A stretch of DNA of 63,420 bases, the filler included, from Octopus bimaculoides (lineage: Eukaryota), in NCBI RefSeq assembly GCF_001194135.2. It is 4 parts of 4 records of this genome, joined end to end, with 100 filler letters (N's around TTAATTAATTAA, not from the genome) between each part and the next. Parts side by side here need not be neighbours in the genome. Positions count along the whole stretch, not along the records: positions 61,408 to 63,420 come from NC_068982.1; 3 more parts are not named here. One strand, written 5' to 3'. Both the position numbers and the translations under genes were made by a program. How positions within the stretch are numbered: the stretch's first letter is position 1; the number at the start of each line of letters is the position of its first letter. Under the pieces are notes generated by a model. The model had not been told where the DNA came from. It made no database searches and saw only the letters and a program-made list of their open reading frames with translations. Positions 62,423 to 63,420 of the stretch are shown here, one piece after another.

Positions 62423-62704
62423 TGAGTAAACTTCTACGCATATCTTCTTTCACATGTTCAGTCTTTCGTTTCTGAGTTGCGGTATATACTAGTGGCAAGA
62501 AATATGTGGCCTTTTAGTCATTCACACGTGACATTATGGAAAGAAGACTTGATTTTGTCACAATGAGTAAACTTCTGCGCATATCTTCTTTCAGATATTC
62601 AGTCTTTCTTCTTTGAGTTACGGCATATACAGGTGGTAAGAAACATGTGGCCTTTAAGTCATTCAAATGTGGCATTATACAAAGAAGACTTAATTTTTGC
62701 ATGA
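62423..62704. repeat. 141-bp tandem duplication
   Basis: 62423-62563 vs 62564-62704: 23 substitutions, no indels. Confidence 0.92.
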
Positions 62705-63034
62705 CGAAATATTATGAATTTTGTTAAACAATATTCATAAACAATTCATTGAATATTCTTTTAATCTTAATATGATCGAATCTTCAAGACTTTGGTTGAA
62801 ATGGGTACCTAGTTTATTGTCTCTATCTGCCGAAACACTAGGTTACTGAATATAAAGTAGGATATAAACGGATTGCACATTTTTAGTGTTTTTAAGTGGT
62901 GTGAAGGTAACCACGAACACACATACACACAGAGTCATATTTACAATATATAGATTGATAACATCCACTTCAAGCGAGTAATAAATATTCTTTTCTACTA
63001 TAGTCACAAGGCCTGAAATCTGTGGGAATTGGGC

Positions 63035-63395
63035 CAAGTGGCTGTGGTCATGCTGGAGAACCACCGTGACTTTCCGTCCTTATGCTGTGGTCTCTTCACT
63101 TTCCTTGCGCGGCTCTTCTCCTCCACCTGATATAGTCCAATCAAGAGTTTTGATAGCACATCTGGTGTATAAGAGAATTTGACATCGCTACCCTAAATTG
63201 TGTCTCATTTCGAGCCTTTGGTTCATCTGGTATCGTGGAGAGGAAAGCATCGAGTTTTCTCTTGAAGACCTCTATATCCATGTCTTGTAGGTCTCTCAAA
63301 TGTTTTGGCAGGGCATTAAAGAGCTGAGGTCCTCTGAAACCGAGGCTGTTGCAGTACCTCGTTCTTATGTAAGATGCAGTGGACGGCACCTTTGG
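63035..63395 (-). mobile_element. CR1-group (CR1/L2/Crack-like) LINE 3' end
   Basis: NSLGFRGPQLFNALPKHLRD...VFKRKLDAFLSTIPDEP...AMSNSL, typical of a CR1-group ORF2 C-terminus; stop at 63141, then a short 3' UTR; 5' end abuts (TA)n. Confidence 0.82.
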
Positions 63396-63420
63396 TATAT
63401 ATTTATATATATATATATAT

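Overview
Eukaryotic, AT-rich, gap-ridden draft sequence, almost certainly an octopus/coleoid genome (inferred from microsatellite density and the tRNA-derived SINE families). I find no intact host protein-coding gene, rRNA, true tRNA or CRISPR array; nearly all ORFs in the supplied track are microsatellite or N-gap artefacts. The window is a mobile-element graveyard: (1) about 30 copies or fragments of tRNA-derived SINEs built from shuffled modules (called A, A', B, C here), several with clean target-site duplications; (2) decayed DNA transposons: Tc1, four mariner fragments, two hAT transposase relics, three MITE-like elements and a Helitron helicase fragment; (3) non-LTR retrotransposon relics: a CRE-clade RT, two fused R4/Dong-like elements and a CR1-group 3' end. 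I cannot demonstrate a new biological system. The best leads are a disrupted ~268-codon ORF of unrecognised family with promoter-like motifs (38241-39049, minus), a 140-bp element with a hammerhead-ribozyme-like fold (41108-41247), a pre-miRNA-like hairpin (24004-24066), a LINE 3' end sharing its terminal motif with SINE C, and an alternating head-to-tail SINE array (4473-5588). All family assignments come from motif recognition by eye, not database searches.
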